DNA from: Cyanobacterium sp. T60_A2020_053
GTDB lineage: Bacteria > Cyanobacteriota > Cyanobacteriia > Cyanobacteriales > Cyanobacteriaceae
DNA length: 32,000 nucleotides
Direction: 5' to 3'
NCBI GenBank assembly: GCA_015272165.1
Contig: JACYMF010000086.1
Location: 61,683-93,682 of the forward strand
Shown: positions 18,409 through 28,120 of the stretch, piece after piece
How the letters are laid out: every line of letters starts with the position of its first letter
How positions within the stretch are numbered: position 1 is the stretch's first letter
Program-made: the position numbers and the translations under genes
Notes under the pieces: model-generated
Database searches by the model: none
Told to the model about the DNA's origin: nothing
What the model saw: only the letters and a program-made list of their open reading frames with translations

Positions 18409-18870
18409 TTATAGGACAATTAAACGACAACCAGAAGCGGTAGGAGGTTGATCGATTTCTCCATAAAGAATATCAATCCAATCCTCATCACTAGGATAAT
18501 TTTTCGCTCTAAGCACAAATACCCAATATTGCTCAATGCCCAACTCATGACGCAGGGAAGTGCGAACTTGTCCCTTTAAGTCATAAATGAGATTTTGAGC
18601 TTTATTTTCGTTATCTAATAAAGAAACGCCCACTCGGATATTTTCTCCGGCTTCATTCTCTAAACGAATTACCGCATCAATACCGAGAATCTCCCACAGA
18701 GTAGCCAAATCATCCAAATCCTGACGTTGAGACATGGCCCAATCTAACTTTTTCGGCAAATACTCTGATACTAGCGCCCGTAACCGTTGCGGTGTGAACT
18801 CTTTACTGCTCAAATCAAGAACACCTAAACGGTGAGCAGTAGCTTTAAACTTAACTCTTAATACAAACAT
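18409..18870 (-). CDS. Hypothetical 153-aa protein
   Basis: A clean ORF with no recognised motif. It carries one GCGCCC word, like the resident genes. Confidence 0.5.
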   Translation of the reverse strand: MFVLRVKFKATAHRLGVLDLSSKEFTPQRLRALVSEYLPKKLDWAMSQRQDLDDLATLWEILGIDAVIRLENEAGENIRVGVSLLDNENKAQNLIYDLKGQVRTSLRHELGIEQYWVFVLRAKNYPSDEDWIDILYGEIDQPPTASGCRLIVL

Positions 18871-19085
18871 AGTTTTCTCCTTTTAATCAGAATGAACACA
18901 ATAATCCTTAGAGATTATTATTTTTTGACATAACTATCCTTATCGGATAGATATTTATTCTGATTTTGTATAGATATGGAAAAAACTATTGAAGTTTTAA
19001 CTCTGAAAAGACTTAACAAGTAAGTTTGGTTTTTACTAAAATTAATCTGAAAACTAATATAACGAAAAAGAAAAAAAAAGTCAAG

Positions 19086-20459
19086 TTATTTGCGCTTAAC
19101 CCAACGCATCAGCGCCCGCGCCAGTAAACGGGGATTATGACGAATAATATGAGTATCAAGGTCTTCACTCATCACATTACTGATCACAATACGGCGCCCC
19201 AGATTAATGACTTCCTGCCGATCCAAAAACACAGGGTGGGAATATTCATCAGCATACTTCCGCAATGCTAGGGGAGAAGGAGGGCGCCCTTGCACCAACA
19301 CCCCATCAAATAATTTAGCACCACACACCTCATCAATGGCACGAATATGATCCGCCACCGTATAATTATCAGTTTCCCCCGGTTGAGTCATAATATTACA
19401 AACATAAATTTTCGGAGCTTTACTGCTCAAGATAGCTTGACGAATTTCCGGCACCAACAGATTAGGAATAACACTGGTATAGAGACTACCCGGACCCATG
19501 ACAATAAATTCTGCCTGACGAATCGCCTCCAACACCGAAGGCAACGCTTGAGGAGAGGAAGGCTTACAACCAAACTCAATGATTTTTCCGCCTCTTTCCG
19601 CAATACTTGATTCCCCCTCCACTAATACTCCATCTGCAAATTTTGCCCACAAAGTAACATTATCAAGGGTTGCAGGTAAAACTCGCCCCTTAATAGCTAA
19701 AACCTGAGAACTAGCATGGATTCCCGTTTCTGGGTCTTTGGTAATATCACTCATGGCAGTTAAAAATAAATTACCAAAACTATGACCTTTCAACCCTTCC
19801 CCAGAATTAAAACGATATTGGAACAACTCTGTTAATAATTTTTCCTCATTAGCCAAGGCTGCAATACAGTTACGAATATCGCCGGGGGGGAGGGCGCCTA
19901 ACTCTCGCCGTAATACCCCCGAAGAGCCACCATCATCAGCCACTGTCACCACAGCAGTAATGTTAGAACTATATTCCTTTAAGCCTCGTAACATAGTAGA
20001 TAAACCTGTACCACCCCCAAGAGCAACAATTTTAATGCCCCGATTAAGACGATGATGATCCCATAATACATCCACTAACTGTTGTTGGCTATCCAACTGA
20101 AAAGCGTCTTGAATAGAGCTAAAGGTACGATGTTGCCCCCAATATAACAAAAATAAACCCAACGTAATTGCCACCGGACCAGTAACGTAATTAGGCACAG
20201 TAGAAGTAAATTTATTTAAAAAATCAATCACCAACTCAATTAAACGATTAATGGGGGTTAATTTAACCCAGATAGCAAAACCTAAAACCGTTAGCAATAC
20301 CCCCAACAGGCTAGTAATTAGCCAACGTTTAACGAATATACCGGGGGATACCCATTTATACAAATTACTAACGGATTTATTTTTATGACCCATAATGACT
20401 TCCAGATAAATTAGCTTTAGCAGTGATTGATTAATGATTTTGCTTGTGAATTGCCCCAC
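19086..20459 (-). CDS. YvcK-like (UPF0052 / CofD-like) protein with an N-terminal membrane segment
   Basis: It has the [15 protein letters not shown] motif and a [14 protein letters not shown] block. The start is probably the Met at 20393 (MGHKNK...). Confidence 0.83.
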   Translation of the reverse strand: MGQFTSKIINQSLLKLIYLEVIMGHKNKSVSNLYKWVSPGIFVKRWLITSLLGVLLTVLGFAIWVKLTPINRLIELVIDFLNKFTSTVPNYVTGPVAITLGLFLLYWGQHRTFSSIQDAFQLDSQQQLVDVLWDHHRLNRGIKIVALGGGTGLSTMLRGLKEYSSNITAVVTVADDGGSSGVLRRELGALPPGDIRNCIAALANEEKLLTELFQYRFNSGEGLKGHSFGNLFLTAMSDITKDPETGIHASSQVLAIKGRVLPATLDNVTLWAKFADGVLVEGESSIAERGGKIIEFGCKPSSPQALPSVLEAIRQAEFIVMGPGSLYTSVIPNLLVPEIRQAILSSKAPKIYVCNIMTQPGETDNYTVADHIRAIDEVCGAKLFDGVLVQGRPPSPLALRKYADEYSHPVFLDRQEVINLGRRIVISNVMSEDLDTHIIRHNPRLLARALMRWVKRK

Positions 20460-20638
20460 CAGACTGACTTAATCATAATTGTGAGTTAGAATAACAGAAT
20501 GATAAAACTGTAATTTTAGTTAAAAAATAAATGAATTCAGTCCATTAAAAAAATATCAAGTAATTAGCCCAAAATGACGAAAAAAGTTTAAGATTTTATT
20601 GTTATCATCTCTTTAGCAATTTTATATTAAAATATCCG

Positions 20639-21886
20639 GTGTCTAAGATAAATAATAGCTATTCTGAAAAACAAAAGCGACTATTAATCGTTAATCAGTT
20701 TTTCCCTCCTGATTTTGCAGCTACAGGACAGTTAATCGAAGATTTAGCTCTAAAACTAAGCGATAAAAATTTATTTGTTAAAGTTTTTAGTGGGCAACCC
20801 GGCTATGCTTTTGACACAAAAGATGCCCCAAGGGATGAAAAAGTTGGTGATTTATATGTCCAAAGAACTAGAGCGTCTCAAATGGTTAAGGGTAAAGCCA
20901 TTAATGGGCTTTTATTTTGTGTGCGAGTAATGCTTCATCTCTTTCGTCATCATCGCCAACAAGATTTAATCCTATTAACTACAGCGCCCTCCTTCCTGCC
21001 TTGGGTCGGTTATTTTTCTTACCTATTTTTTCGCTTAAAATATATTTGCCTAATCTATGACTTATATCCCAACGTTATTACCGTATTAGGAGTATTACCA
21101 GAAAATCACATCATCGTCAGAATGTGGCACTGGTTAAATCGTAAAACTTGGTTAAATGCCAATGCTATCATTGTTTTATCAAGCTCCATGAAAGAGCGTA
21201 TCGTAGAGGTTTGCCCTGAAGTTAAAGAAAAAATTACCGTTATTCATAATTGGGCAGATGGTAGAGTAATTGTACCGAGAGTAAAACAAGATAACTGGTT
21301 TGCAAAAGAGAATGGCTTGGTTGATAAATTTACCATCCTTTACTCCGGCAACATGGGGCGCTGTCATGATATGAAAACCATTATTGATGCCGCCTATCAT
21401 TTACAAGACCATCAAGATAAATTTCAATTTGTATTTATTGGTAGCGGAGCACAACAAGAAAAAATTGCCGAAGAAGCAAAAAAACTTAGTTTGGATAATT
21501 TTTCTTTTTTACCCTACCAAAAAAAAGAGCATCTTCCTTATTCTCTCACTGCTTGTGATATTTCTCTTATTTCCATGGCAGAAGGTATGGCAGGAGTCGT
21601 CGCACCTAGTAAATTATATTCCACTTTAGCCGCTGGTAATGCCGTGGGGGTAGTGTGTCCCAAAGGTTCATTTCTGAATCACTTAATCGAAGATGCAGGG
21701 TGTGGTCAAAGTTTCGTTAATGGAGATAGTAAAGGGTTAGCCAATTTCTTCTGGCAACTTTATCAAAACCCTGATTTGTCAGCAAAAATGGGCAAAGCTA
21801 GTCGAGACTATTTCCTCAACCACTTTACGACTGAAATTGCAGTCAATAACTATTTTCAAGTAATTATTAGGACAATGGATAATTGA
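20639..21886 (+). CDS. GT-B fold glycosyltransferase (family 4-like)
   Basis: The 415-aa ORF has a GTG start, N-terminal LLIVNQFFPPDFAATGQL and a C-terminal nucleotide-sugar binding region (YSGNMG ... MAEGMAGVVAPSKLY). Confidence 0.78.
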   Translation: MSKINNSYSEKQKRLLIVNQFFPPDFAATGQLIEDLALKLSDKNLFVKVFSGQPGYAFDTKDAPRDEKVGDLYVQRTRASQMVKGKAINGLLFCVRVMLHLFRHHRQQDLILLTTAPSFLPWVGYFSYLFFRLKYICLIYDLYPNVITVLGVLPENHIIVRMWHWLNRKTWLNANAIIVLSSSMKERIVEVCPEVKEKITVIHNWADGRVIVPRVKQDNWFAKENGLVDKFTILYSGNMGRCHDMKTIIDAAYHLQDHQDKFQFVFIGSGAQQEKIAEEAKKLSLDNFSFLPYQKKEHLPYSLTACDISLISMAEGMAGVVAPSKLYSTLAAGNAVGVVCPKGSFLNHLIEDAGCGQSFVNGDSKGLANFFWQLYQNPDLSAKMGKASRDYFLNHFTTEIAVNNYFQVIIRTMDN

Positions 21887-21894
21887 TAATGAAT

Positions 21895-22013
21895 AATTAG
21901 GGTTTGGTGATTTGTGATCGAAGTTATATCATTGTCGGAAAATTACACCTGAAACCTGCAACCTGATACCTGTCACCTATCCCCATCAAAAAACTTTTTC
22001 AGCAAATCTAAAA
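21895..22013 (+). mobile_element. Short (~119 bp) family-1 MITE-like element
   Basis: aattagggtttggtga ... heptads acctgaaacctgcaacctgatacctgtcacc ... actttttcagcaaatctaaaat. Its interior matches the reverse complement of 26812-26875. Confidence 0.55.
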
Positions 22014-22076
22014 TATCAATCGTGTAAAGAAATGTAAAGAAGTAGCCCTGAAAAATTAACATGATGTAACGCAAAA

Positions 22077-22425
22077 AAGAGATTTACTAAATCTTAGATT
22101 TTCTATATAAACGGATCTAAAATGACATAAAAGGACAAATAAATAAAAAGTTTGTGAAAGTATTCGATTTCGGTTTCAGAAAAGTAATATTTGATGTACG
22201 ATAAAGGGAGATTTTGGTTGCCCCTTTTGGGGAAGTACCTTACAAAAATAGGATAGTAATACTATTAACGCTTCCGTGGGTGAAGCAGTCTGTTAAATCA
22301 GATAACATAAGTGTCTTAAAAATATTTTTTAAGGCTTTGAGGGATACCTCCTTTTGAGTATTTTACTCAAATGCTATTGCAGTTTATTACGGTATATGCC
22401 GTTTTATTCTGCATAAACGTATCAG
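22077..22425 (+). repeat. 349-bp non-coding element, copy 2 (twin at 7660-8008)
   Basis: It is identical to copy 1 except C22117 vs A7700. The offset between copies is 14,417 bp in the same orientation. Confidence 0.92.
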
Positions 22426-22654
22426 ATTAAACAGTGTATAACTATATTCGGGAAGTAAAAAACCTAGCAATTCTGAAAGGAGATTAGCGAAAAATTAAGT
22501 TTTTTTACAAATGCTTAACAAAAACTTGGCACTAAGCTCATAATATAGGAAACTAATTAGCGAGGGTTAATAACCCCAAGATTTAACGAAAAAAAAGTTG
22601 AATCAAATTTAATAAAAACAAAAAAATTAACTCAATTTAGGAGATTAACTTAAA

Positions 22655-23173
22655 ATGTACGACGCATTCACAAGGGTTGTTTCTCAGGCTGACGCTCGTG
22701 GAGAATTCTTATCCACCTCTCAAATCGATGCTTTAAGCCAAATGGTAGCAGAAAGCAACAAACGTATGGATACTGTTAACCGTATCACCAGCAACGCTTC
22801 CGCTATCGTAACCAACGCTGCTCGTTCTTTATTTGCTGAACAGCCTCAATTAATCGCTCCCGGTGGCAACGCTTACACCAGCCGTCGTATGGCTGCTTGT
22901 CTTCGTGACATGGAAATCATCTTACGTTATGTTACCTACGCTATTTTCTCCGGTGATGCTTCCGTATTAGAAGATCGTTGCTTAAACGGACTTCGTGAAA
23001 CCTACTTAGCTTTAGGTACTCCCGGTTCTTCCGTTGCTGTTGGCGTACAAAAAATGAAAGATGCTGCTTTAGCAATCGCTAACGACACCAACAATATTAC
23101 CCTTGGTGATTGTAGTGCTTTAATGGCTGAAGTTGCTACCTACTTCGATCGTGCTGCTGCTGCAGTAGCTTAG
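22655..23173 (+). CDS. cpcB: C-phycocyanin beta subunit
   Basis: The 172-aa ORF starts [20 protein letters not shown] and contains [18 protein letters not shown] (Cys-82 chromophore site region). AGGAGA lies upstream of the ATG. Confidence 0.97.
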   Translation: MYDAFTRVVSQADARGEFLSTSQIDALSQMVAESNKRMDTVNRITSNASAIVTNAARSLFAEQPQLIAPGGNAYTSRRMAACLRDMEIILRYVTYAIFSGDASVLEDRCLNGLRETYLALGTPGSSVAVGVQKMKDAALAIANDTNNITLGDCSALMAEVATYFDRAAAAVA

Positions 23174-23244
23174 TCTCAAAGCTACCCCATAAGTCAAAAA
23201 TAGTTTACGTTAACAACAACATAATTTTAGGAGAATATTAGACA

Positions 23245-23733
23245 ATGAAAACCCCTTTAACTGAAGCAGTATCTGCAGCCGATTCTCAAGGTCGTTTCCT
23301 CAGCAGCACCGAAATTCAAACCGCTTTCGGTCGTTTCCGTCAAGCTAATGCTAGTTTAACCGCTGCTAAATCTTTGACTGAAAATGCTCAACGTTTAACT
23401 GACGGTGCAGCTAACGCTGTTTACAGCAAATTCCCTTACACCACAACCACCCCCGGTGCTAACTATGCTTCTACCTCTGAAGGTAAAGCAAAATGTTCTC
23501 GTGACATCGGTTACTACCTCCGTATGGTTACCTACTGTTTAGTAGCTGGTGGTACTGGTCCTATGGATGAATACTTAATCGCTGGTATCGATGAAATCAA
23601 CCGTAGTTTTGATTTATCTCCTAGCTGGTACATCGAGGCTTTAAAATATATCAAAGCTAACCATGGTTTAAGTGGCGATCCTGCTGTTGAAGCTAATTCT
23701 TACCTTGACTATGCTATCAATGCTCTTAGCTAG
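23245..23733 (+). CDS. cpcA: C-phycocyanin alpha subunit
   Basis: The 162-aa ORF starts [20 protein letters not shown] and contains [19 protein letters not shown]. It lies 71 nt after cpcB and has its own AGGAGA. Confidence 0.97.
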   Translation: MKTPLTEAVSAADSQGRFLSSTEIQTAFGRFRQANASLTAAKSLTENAQRLTDGAANAVYSKFPYTTTTPGANYASTSEGKAKCSRDIGYYLRMVTYCLVAGGTGPMDEYLIAGIDEINRSFDLSPSWYIEALKYIKANHGLSGDPAVEANSYLDYAINALS

Positions 23734-23911
23734 TTTCTAAGTTATTTATATCAGCTGTTAGTGAAGCTAATTTAACTTTTCCTCACAATCCTTGTTAGTT
23801 CAAGGTTGAAATAAACTATAATCATCGCCTGAGAAGGTTTGCGAATACAAGTTATTTATTGTGTTTGTTGACTCTTTCGGGCGATGTTTGCTTTTGTTTA
23901 TAAATTTATTT

Positions 23912-24082
23912 ATGAAAATCAATCGTTATTACCTCTCAATTTTTATGATTATTATAGTGTTAGGGGCGCTGGAAGGGCGCGCTTCATCCAATGCGTTACC
24001 CAATTTTTGGTTACTTACATTGACAACCATGATTAGTTTCTTTTTTGCTTATTTAATAACTAAAACTATACAAAAAGAGTGA
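23912..24082 (+). CDS. Possible small two-helix membrane protein (56 aa from the internal Met)
   Basis: MKINRYYLSIFMIIIVLGALEG ... FWLLTLTTMISFFFAYLI has two hydrophobic segments. No homology is recognised, so it could be spurious. Confidence 0.3.
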   Translation: MKINRYYLSIFMIIIVLGALEGRASSNALPNFWLLTLTTMISFFFAYLITKTIQKE

Positions 24083-24748
24083 TTATTTTGCTATTACTAA
24101 ATTACAACAATAATTAGCATTAATATTTAAGGTTTCTAAATGCCAAGTTTGCCTAATATTATTGCTAAGAATGACAGGCGCCCTCCGCCGTAAGTCATAG
24201 CCTAATTCCATAGTATTTAATCCCCCTGATAATCCCTCCCCTGTAGCTTTTAAAAAGGCTTCTTTCGCCGTCCAAAATTGATAGAATAACTCAGCTTTTT
24301 TATCTTGATTAATTTGTTTAATTAATTGATATTCAGAAGGACAAAAAAAACGCTCTGCTAATTCCTCATGTTTAAGTATTTTATCATTTTTTTCTATATC
24401 GATGCCGATAATTTTTTCTGAAATAGCATAAATAACCATATCTTCCGTATGGGATAAATTAAAATTCAGAGCAGAATTTGTTAAAAATGGCTTACCTTTT
24501 ATTGTGTAGCTAAACTCTATATCTTGAGGATTTATTTTTAAATGATTAGCCAAAATAATCTTTAGTAAACTACGATAAATTATCGCTAAATTTTGTCTAT
24601 TTTTCTGTTTAAAATTACTGATTTTAATTAACTCTTGATGGGATAAGATAGTAAATAATGAATCAATTTCACTTAAAAATATTTCTGGTTGACAATAGTA
24701 AATAGAAACATTATCAATGTCAAAAAAACTAACTTGATCCAAGTACAT
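24083..24748 (-). CDS. Sfp-type 4'-phosphopantetheinyl transferase
   Basis: It has GIDIE and WTAKEAFLKATGEGL motifs. At 221 aa it is typical of HetI/Sfp-like PPTases. Confidence 0.85.
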   Translation of the reverse strand: MYLDQVSFFDIDNVSIYYCQPEIFLSEIDSLFTILSHQELIKISNFKQKNRQNLAIIYRSLLKIILANHLKINPQDIEFSYTIKGKPFLTNSALNFNLSHTEDMVIYAISEKIIGIDIEKNDKILKHEELAERFFCPSEYQLIKQINQDKKAELFYQFWTAKEAFLKATGEGLSGGLNTMELGYDLRRRAPVILSNNIRQTWHLETLNINANYCCNLVIAK

Positions 24749-24831
24749 AAAAAACTTAACTCTTTCCTGTAACTTTCTAAGATATAATAATGAGTTTGTT
24801 ATCGATAATATAGTTAATTTTATTAGAAATC

Positions 24832-26013
24832 GTGAAAATTATTTGCTCCCAAACAGACCTTAAAAATAATCTCTCATTAGTAAGTAGGGCAGTACCAGCG
24901 CGCCCCACCCATCCCATTTTAGCTAATGTGTTATTAGTTGCCAACGCCGAAAAAAATCTCGTCACCCTCACTGGATTTGATCTAAACTTAGGTATGCGTA
25001 CCAGTTTTCCAGCCGAAGTATTAGAAGAAGGTACAATTACCATCCCTGCCAAGTTATTTAACGACATTGTCATCAAATTACCAGAGGGCGACATTACCAT
25101 CGGTTTTGAACAAGAAGAATTAGATGATAATCCTTTAGTAGCCATTGAGTCATTATTCGGTAAATTTCAACTGCGGGGAGTCACCGGCGACGAATATCCC
25201 GAATTACCCCAAGTGGCGAAGGAAGATGCTTTAATGTTGCCCATTACCGCCCTCACGGAAGGCTTAAAAGGCTCATTATTTGCCGCTAGCACCGATGAAA
25301 GTAAGCAGATTTTGACGGGCATTCATTTAACCCGCAACCTCGATACCCTCGAATTTGCTGCCACCGATGGCCACCGTTTAGCGGTGGTGAAAACCACTGA
25401 TGACAAAGGGGAGGAGGAAGAAGAAGCCACCGACACAAATATTTCTGTTAATGAAGAACAAAATTTTACCATGACGATTCCGGCAAGGGCGCTGAGAGAA
25501 TTAGAAAAAATTTTGACCACTGCCAAAGAAGAAGATAATATTGCTCTTTATGTGGATGATAACCAAGTAGTCTTTGAATTGGGTTCTCAAAATCTCACCA
25601 GTCGCAAGTTGGAGGGCGCTTATCCTAATTATAATCAACTGATTCCTAATAAATTCCAGCGCACCATGGTGGTGGAAAGAAAACGTTTGATTGAGAGTTT
25701 AGAAAGGGTTTCCGTTTTATCTGATCAAAAAAATAATCTAGTTAAATTTAGTTTAAATCCTGAACAATCTCTAGTTTATTTATCAGTGGATGCCAAAGAG
25801 TTAGGAAGCGCCAAAGAATCGGTTGCGGCGGAAATTACGGGGGAAGGTTTCGAGATTGGTTTTAACATCAAGTATCTCATGGATGGGTTGAGGGCGCTGT
25901 CTAGTAATGAAATTACTTTTCATTTCAACGGTGCTACTCAACCAGTAATTGCCACCCCTTTAAGTGGTTTACAAATGACTTATTTAATTATGCCCGTGCA
26001 AATTAGGGATTAG
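24832..26013 (+). CDS. dnaN: DNA polymerase III beta sliding clamp
   Basis: GTG start; MKIICSQTDLKNNLSLVSRAVPARPTHPILANVLL ... MTYLIMPVQIRD. The 393-aa ORF has three-domain clamp length. Confidence 0.95.
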   Translation: MKIICSQTDLKNNLSLVSRAVPARPTHPILANVLLVANAEKNLVTLTGFDLNLGMRTSFPAEVLEEGTITIPAKLFNDIVIKLPEGDITIGFEQEELDDNPLVAIESLFGKFQLRGVTGDEYPELPQVAKEDALMLPITALTEGLKGSLFAASTDESKQILTGIHLTRNLDTLEFAATDGHRLAVVKTTDDKGEEEEEATDTNISVNEEQNFTMTIPARALRELEKILTTAKEEDNIALYVDDNQVVFELGSQNLTSRKLEGAYPNYNQLIPNKFQRTMVVERKRLIESLERVSVLSDQKNNLVKFSLNPEQSLVYLSVDAKELGSAKESVAAEITGEGFEIGFNIKYLMDGLRALSSNEITFHFNGATQPVIATPLSGLQMTYLIMPVQIRD

Positions 26014-26077
26014 TTTTTTTTCTCTGAGAAAAAGAGGTTTTCAAATAATAACTAATCAATTATTCTCGAAGATTACT

Positions 26078-26099
26078 CCCCTCTCCTGCGGGAGAGGGG
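26078..26099. terminator. GC-rich hairpin between convergent dnaN and the nitroreductase gene; candidate bidirectional terminator
   Basis: cccctctcc-tgcg-ggagagggg forms a 9-bp perfect stem with a 4-nt loop. It is followed by ttgggggtgagggcaaa, a word also seen at 18337-18352. Confidence 0.5.
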
Positions 26100-26148
26100 T
26101 TGGGGGTGAGGGCAAAGTATTTTGATACCTATTTTAAAAAATTTCCCA

Positions 26149-26751
26149 CTAAAAAGTATCAAAAGATACCACTTCTGCTAAATCTAATTGTCCCGCCCTT
26201 TCCCTAGCAGGTTTAACAGCTTTACCCACCACAATCATAAAAGAAAGTACATAATCATCAGGTAAATTAATAATTTCTGCTACCTTCTGAAAGTCAAAAC
26301 CAACCATAGGGCAAGTATCATAACCCATGGCTTTTGCTGCTAACATGATAGTCTGACCTGCAATACCTGCTGAACGCATAGCTTCATCTCGTTGTAATTC
26401 TGGTTTATCATTATAAAAACCAACCATCATGGGAATCATTTCATTTTGCACGGCTTCGGGCGCATTACGCCAATATCTTTGAGGCTCTTTTTCATAGGCT
26501 TTTAAGTCACCACAAATTAAAACCACAATGGAAGCGTCACTAACTTGAGCTTGATTAAAGGAAGCTGATTTGAGTTGGTTTTTAACTTCTTGATCTTTTA
26601 CTACCACAAAACGCCAATTTTGCATATTAAAAGAGGTAGGAGATAATAAGGTATATTCCATCAAACTTCTAATTTCTTCATCAGTCATTTTATGCTCAGG
26701 ATCGTAGTATTTAACCGATCTTCTTTCGGTAATCGCAGTTAAAGTGTCCAT
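26149..26751 (-). CDS. NAD(P)H nitroreductase family protein
   Basis: The 200-aa ORF has N-terminal ITERRSVKYYDP and SPTSFNMQNWRFVVV, typical of the nitroreductase fold. Confidence 0.83.
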   Translation of the reverse strand: MDTLTAITERRSVKYYDPEHKMTDEEIRSLMEYTLLSPTSFNMQNWRFVVVKDQEVKNQLKSASFNQAQVSDASIVVLICGDLKAYEKEPQRYWRNAPEAVQNEMIPMMVGFYNDKPELQRDEAMRSAGIAGQTIMLAAKAMGYDTCPMVGFDFQKVAEIINLPDDYVLSFMIVVGKAVKPARERAGQLDLAEVVSFDTF

Positions 26752-26811
26752 AAGTTCTCATTCATAAGATATCATCATTATCATAACCTCACTTTGAGAT
26801 AAAAAGGTCAA

Positions 26812-27130
26812 AAGGCAGGTATCAGGTTGCAGGTTGCAGGTTTCAGGTGTAATTTTCAGACGATGATATAATTCGAGCAAAAAATTAAACCGAAAAAATC
26901 AGTTAGGATATATTTTTTGTCAATTCTTTCACTGAATACCTAACACCTTTACAGCACCGAAAATTTTATCTTCAACTCAGGTGGTATCAAAAATTATTGA
27001 GACAAATGAGCAATTTATGAAAAATAACTATTTGGCTTAAATCTTTAATTTATAAGCATTTCACCTGAAACCTGACACCCGAAACCTGACACCTCCCCTC
27101 ACCACTCCACTTTTTCAGCACCACCTAATT
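26812..27130 (+). repeat. Composite repeat: inverted heptad arrays plus the right half of a family-1 MITE
   Basis: caggtatcaggttgcaggttgcaggtttcaggtgt (about 26815-26849) faces acctgaaacctgacacccgaaacctgacacctcccc (about 27066-27100). The stretch 26985-27130 parallels 14885-15027 and ends in ctttttcagcaccacctaatt. Confidence 0.6.
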
Positions 27131-27158
27131 AAGTTTATGGTTATAATAATTTTCTGAA

Positions 27159-27242
27159 GCGCAAATGGCGGAATTGGCAGACGCGCTAGATTCAGATTCT
27201 AGTGTCTTCACAGACTTCCGGGTTCAAGTCCCGGTTTGCGCA
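27159..27242 (+). tRNA. tRNA-Leu (anticodon CAG), class II with a long variable arm
   Basis: The acceptor stem is GCGCAAA/TTTGCGC plus A73. The anticodon stem-loop is CTAGA-TTCAGAT-TCTAG, the variable arm is GTCTTCACAGAC, and the T-arm is CCGGG-TTCAAGT-CCCGG. Confidence 0.9.
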
Positions 27243-27262
27243 TTTCTTTTATACTTCTTGCC

Positions 27263-27793
27263 GTGAAATATCAGAGAATTTTATTATCTTTATTGTTGAC
27301 GATGTTTTTCCCTGTTTTGCCTCACGAGGTAAAATCCAGCGCCCTCCCCTGCCCATCAGACATCAATACTTTAGGCAATGCTTTAGTCAAAGATTTACCG
27401 GATTATACTAACCGCATTTTACAAAAAAATTCGCGCGCCGATTCTCTCCCCGTGTATGTCATCACCGCTAGTCTGCCAGAATTTGAACCGTTACCCCTCA
27501 CCCAAACCCAATATCGAAGCCAAAAAACCTCAGAGATTAGACAGATTTTTTTTACTACCCTGGAAAGACATTACTCACAAAATCAAACCATCTATCAAAC
27601 CCAAAATTACTATTGGTTATTGTTAACTCCCACTCCTAAAGGTTGGGAAATGGTTACTTTATTAACTAAATTAGGTCATTCTCAACAAGATACACTCATA
27701 ACACCACCTTTTGATAATAGTAACGGGGTGACGGGCGCTGGGATTAAAACTTGGTTAAGAGACCAACAATTTTCCTGTCCTAAAGAATCGTAA
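27263..27793 (+). CDS. Hypothetical secreted protein
   Basis: The listed ORF (27236) starts at a TTG inside the tRNA-Leu gene. The in-frame GTG at 27263 gives MKYQRILLSLLLTMFFPVLP, which looks like a signal peptide; the ATG at 27302 is an alternative. No family is recognised. Confidence 0.45.
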   Translation: MKYQRILLSLLLTMFFPVLPHEVKSSALPCPSDINTLGNALVKDLPDYTNRILQKNSRADSLPVYVITASLPEFEPLPLTQTQYRSQKTSEIRQIFFTTLERHYSQNQTIYQTQNYYWLLLTPTPKGWEMVTLLTKLGHSQQDTLITPPFDNSNGVTGAGIKTWLRDQQFSCPKES

Positions 27794-27855
27794 GCTAGTT
27801 TGTAAGTAACTAAGCAAAATTAATTGTGACTTTTATTTTTTTCAAAGCTATAATA

Positions 27856-27949
27856 ATATCAAGTTCGTTTGATCACTTATAAATAGAAATGTTGATTTTC
27901 TTAGGGTTGTGCAAGAATTTAATTGTAACTATTTAAGCGAACTTGATAT
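27856..27949. mobile_element. Minimal (94 bp) family-2 MITE with a perfect 12-bp TIR
   Basis: atatcaagttcg (27856-27867) is the exact reverse complement of cgaacttgatat (27938-27949). Confidence 0.65.
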
Positions 27950-28120
27950 AAGTTATCGAGCAAGATTAATTGTATATAGGCTCCAACAAATCAAAAACAT
28001 GGGTTTTTAAATGTTATTTTCATAGTTACAGGCGGAGAAATGGAGTCTTTATGTGCAAAAGTGTTGGTAAAAAAGGAAAAGAGGTAACTTATATCCTATA
28101 TATTAAAAATAACGCCGATA

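Noticed and set aside
23760-23830. Yfr1-like sRNA downstream of cpcA (single-stranded TTCCTCACAATCC between two weak hairpins)
   Set aside because: Only about 7 of 11 positions match the Yfr1 core ACUCCUCACAC as I recall it. The flanking hairpins are weak (CCTTG-TTAGTT-CAAGG) and there is no U-tail. It is more likely part of the cpcA 3' UTR.
23734-24082. Absence of phycocyanin linker and lyase genes (cpcC/D/E/F) downstream of cpcBA
   Set aside because: The absence is real in this window: the next gene is a convergent PPTase. Split cpc operons occur in cyanobacteria, and the missing genes may lie elsewhere. This is not evidence of anything unusual without the whole genome.
24749-24831. Possible oriC upstream of dnaN
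   Set aside because: In some cyanobacteria oriC with clustered DnaA boxes lies next to dnaN. Here the spacer is only 83 bp, and I found no TTATCCACA or TTTTCCACA type boxes in it. The only close matches in the window are isolated: TGTGGAAAA at 6013-6021 inside tldD and TGTGGATTG near 10226. There is no support for an origin here. Some AT-rich unicellular cyanobacteria lack dnaA altogether, but that cannot be judged from this window.
25380-25470. Acidic stretch in DnaN (DDKGEEEEEATDTNISVNEEQN) as a possible lineage-specific insertion
   Set aside because: Without an alignment to other clamps I cannot show it is an insertion rather than a variable loop. The 393-aa length is within the range I expect for cyanobacterial DnaN.
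26815-27100. Heptamer arrays and dispersed repeats considered as a possible CRISPR array
   Set aside because: The repeat units are 7 nt and directly tandem, with no spacers of 25-40 nt. The larger repeats are MITE-like with TIRs. No cas genes are present.
27202-27411. 69-aa ORF, and the first 27 nt of the 185-aa ORF, overlapping tRNA-Leu
   Set aside because: The 69-aa ORF starts inside the tRNA-Leu(CAG) gene at 27159-27242, and the 185-aa ORF begins at a TTG inside it. The overlap with a confident tRNA makes these starts implausible. I moved the 185-aa ORF start to 27263 and dropped the 69-aa ORF.
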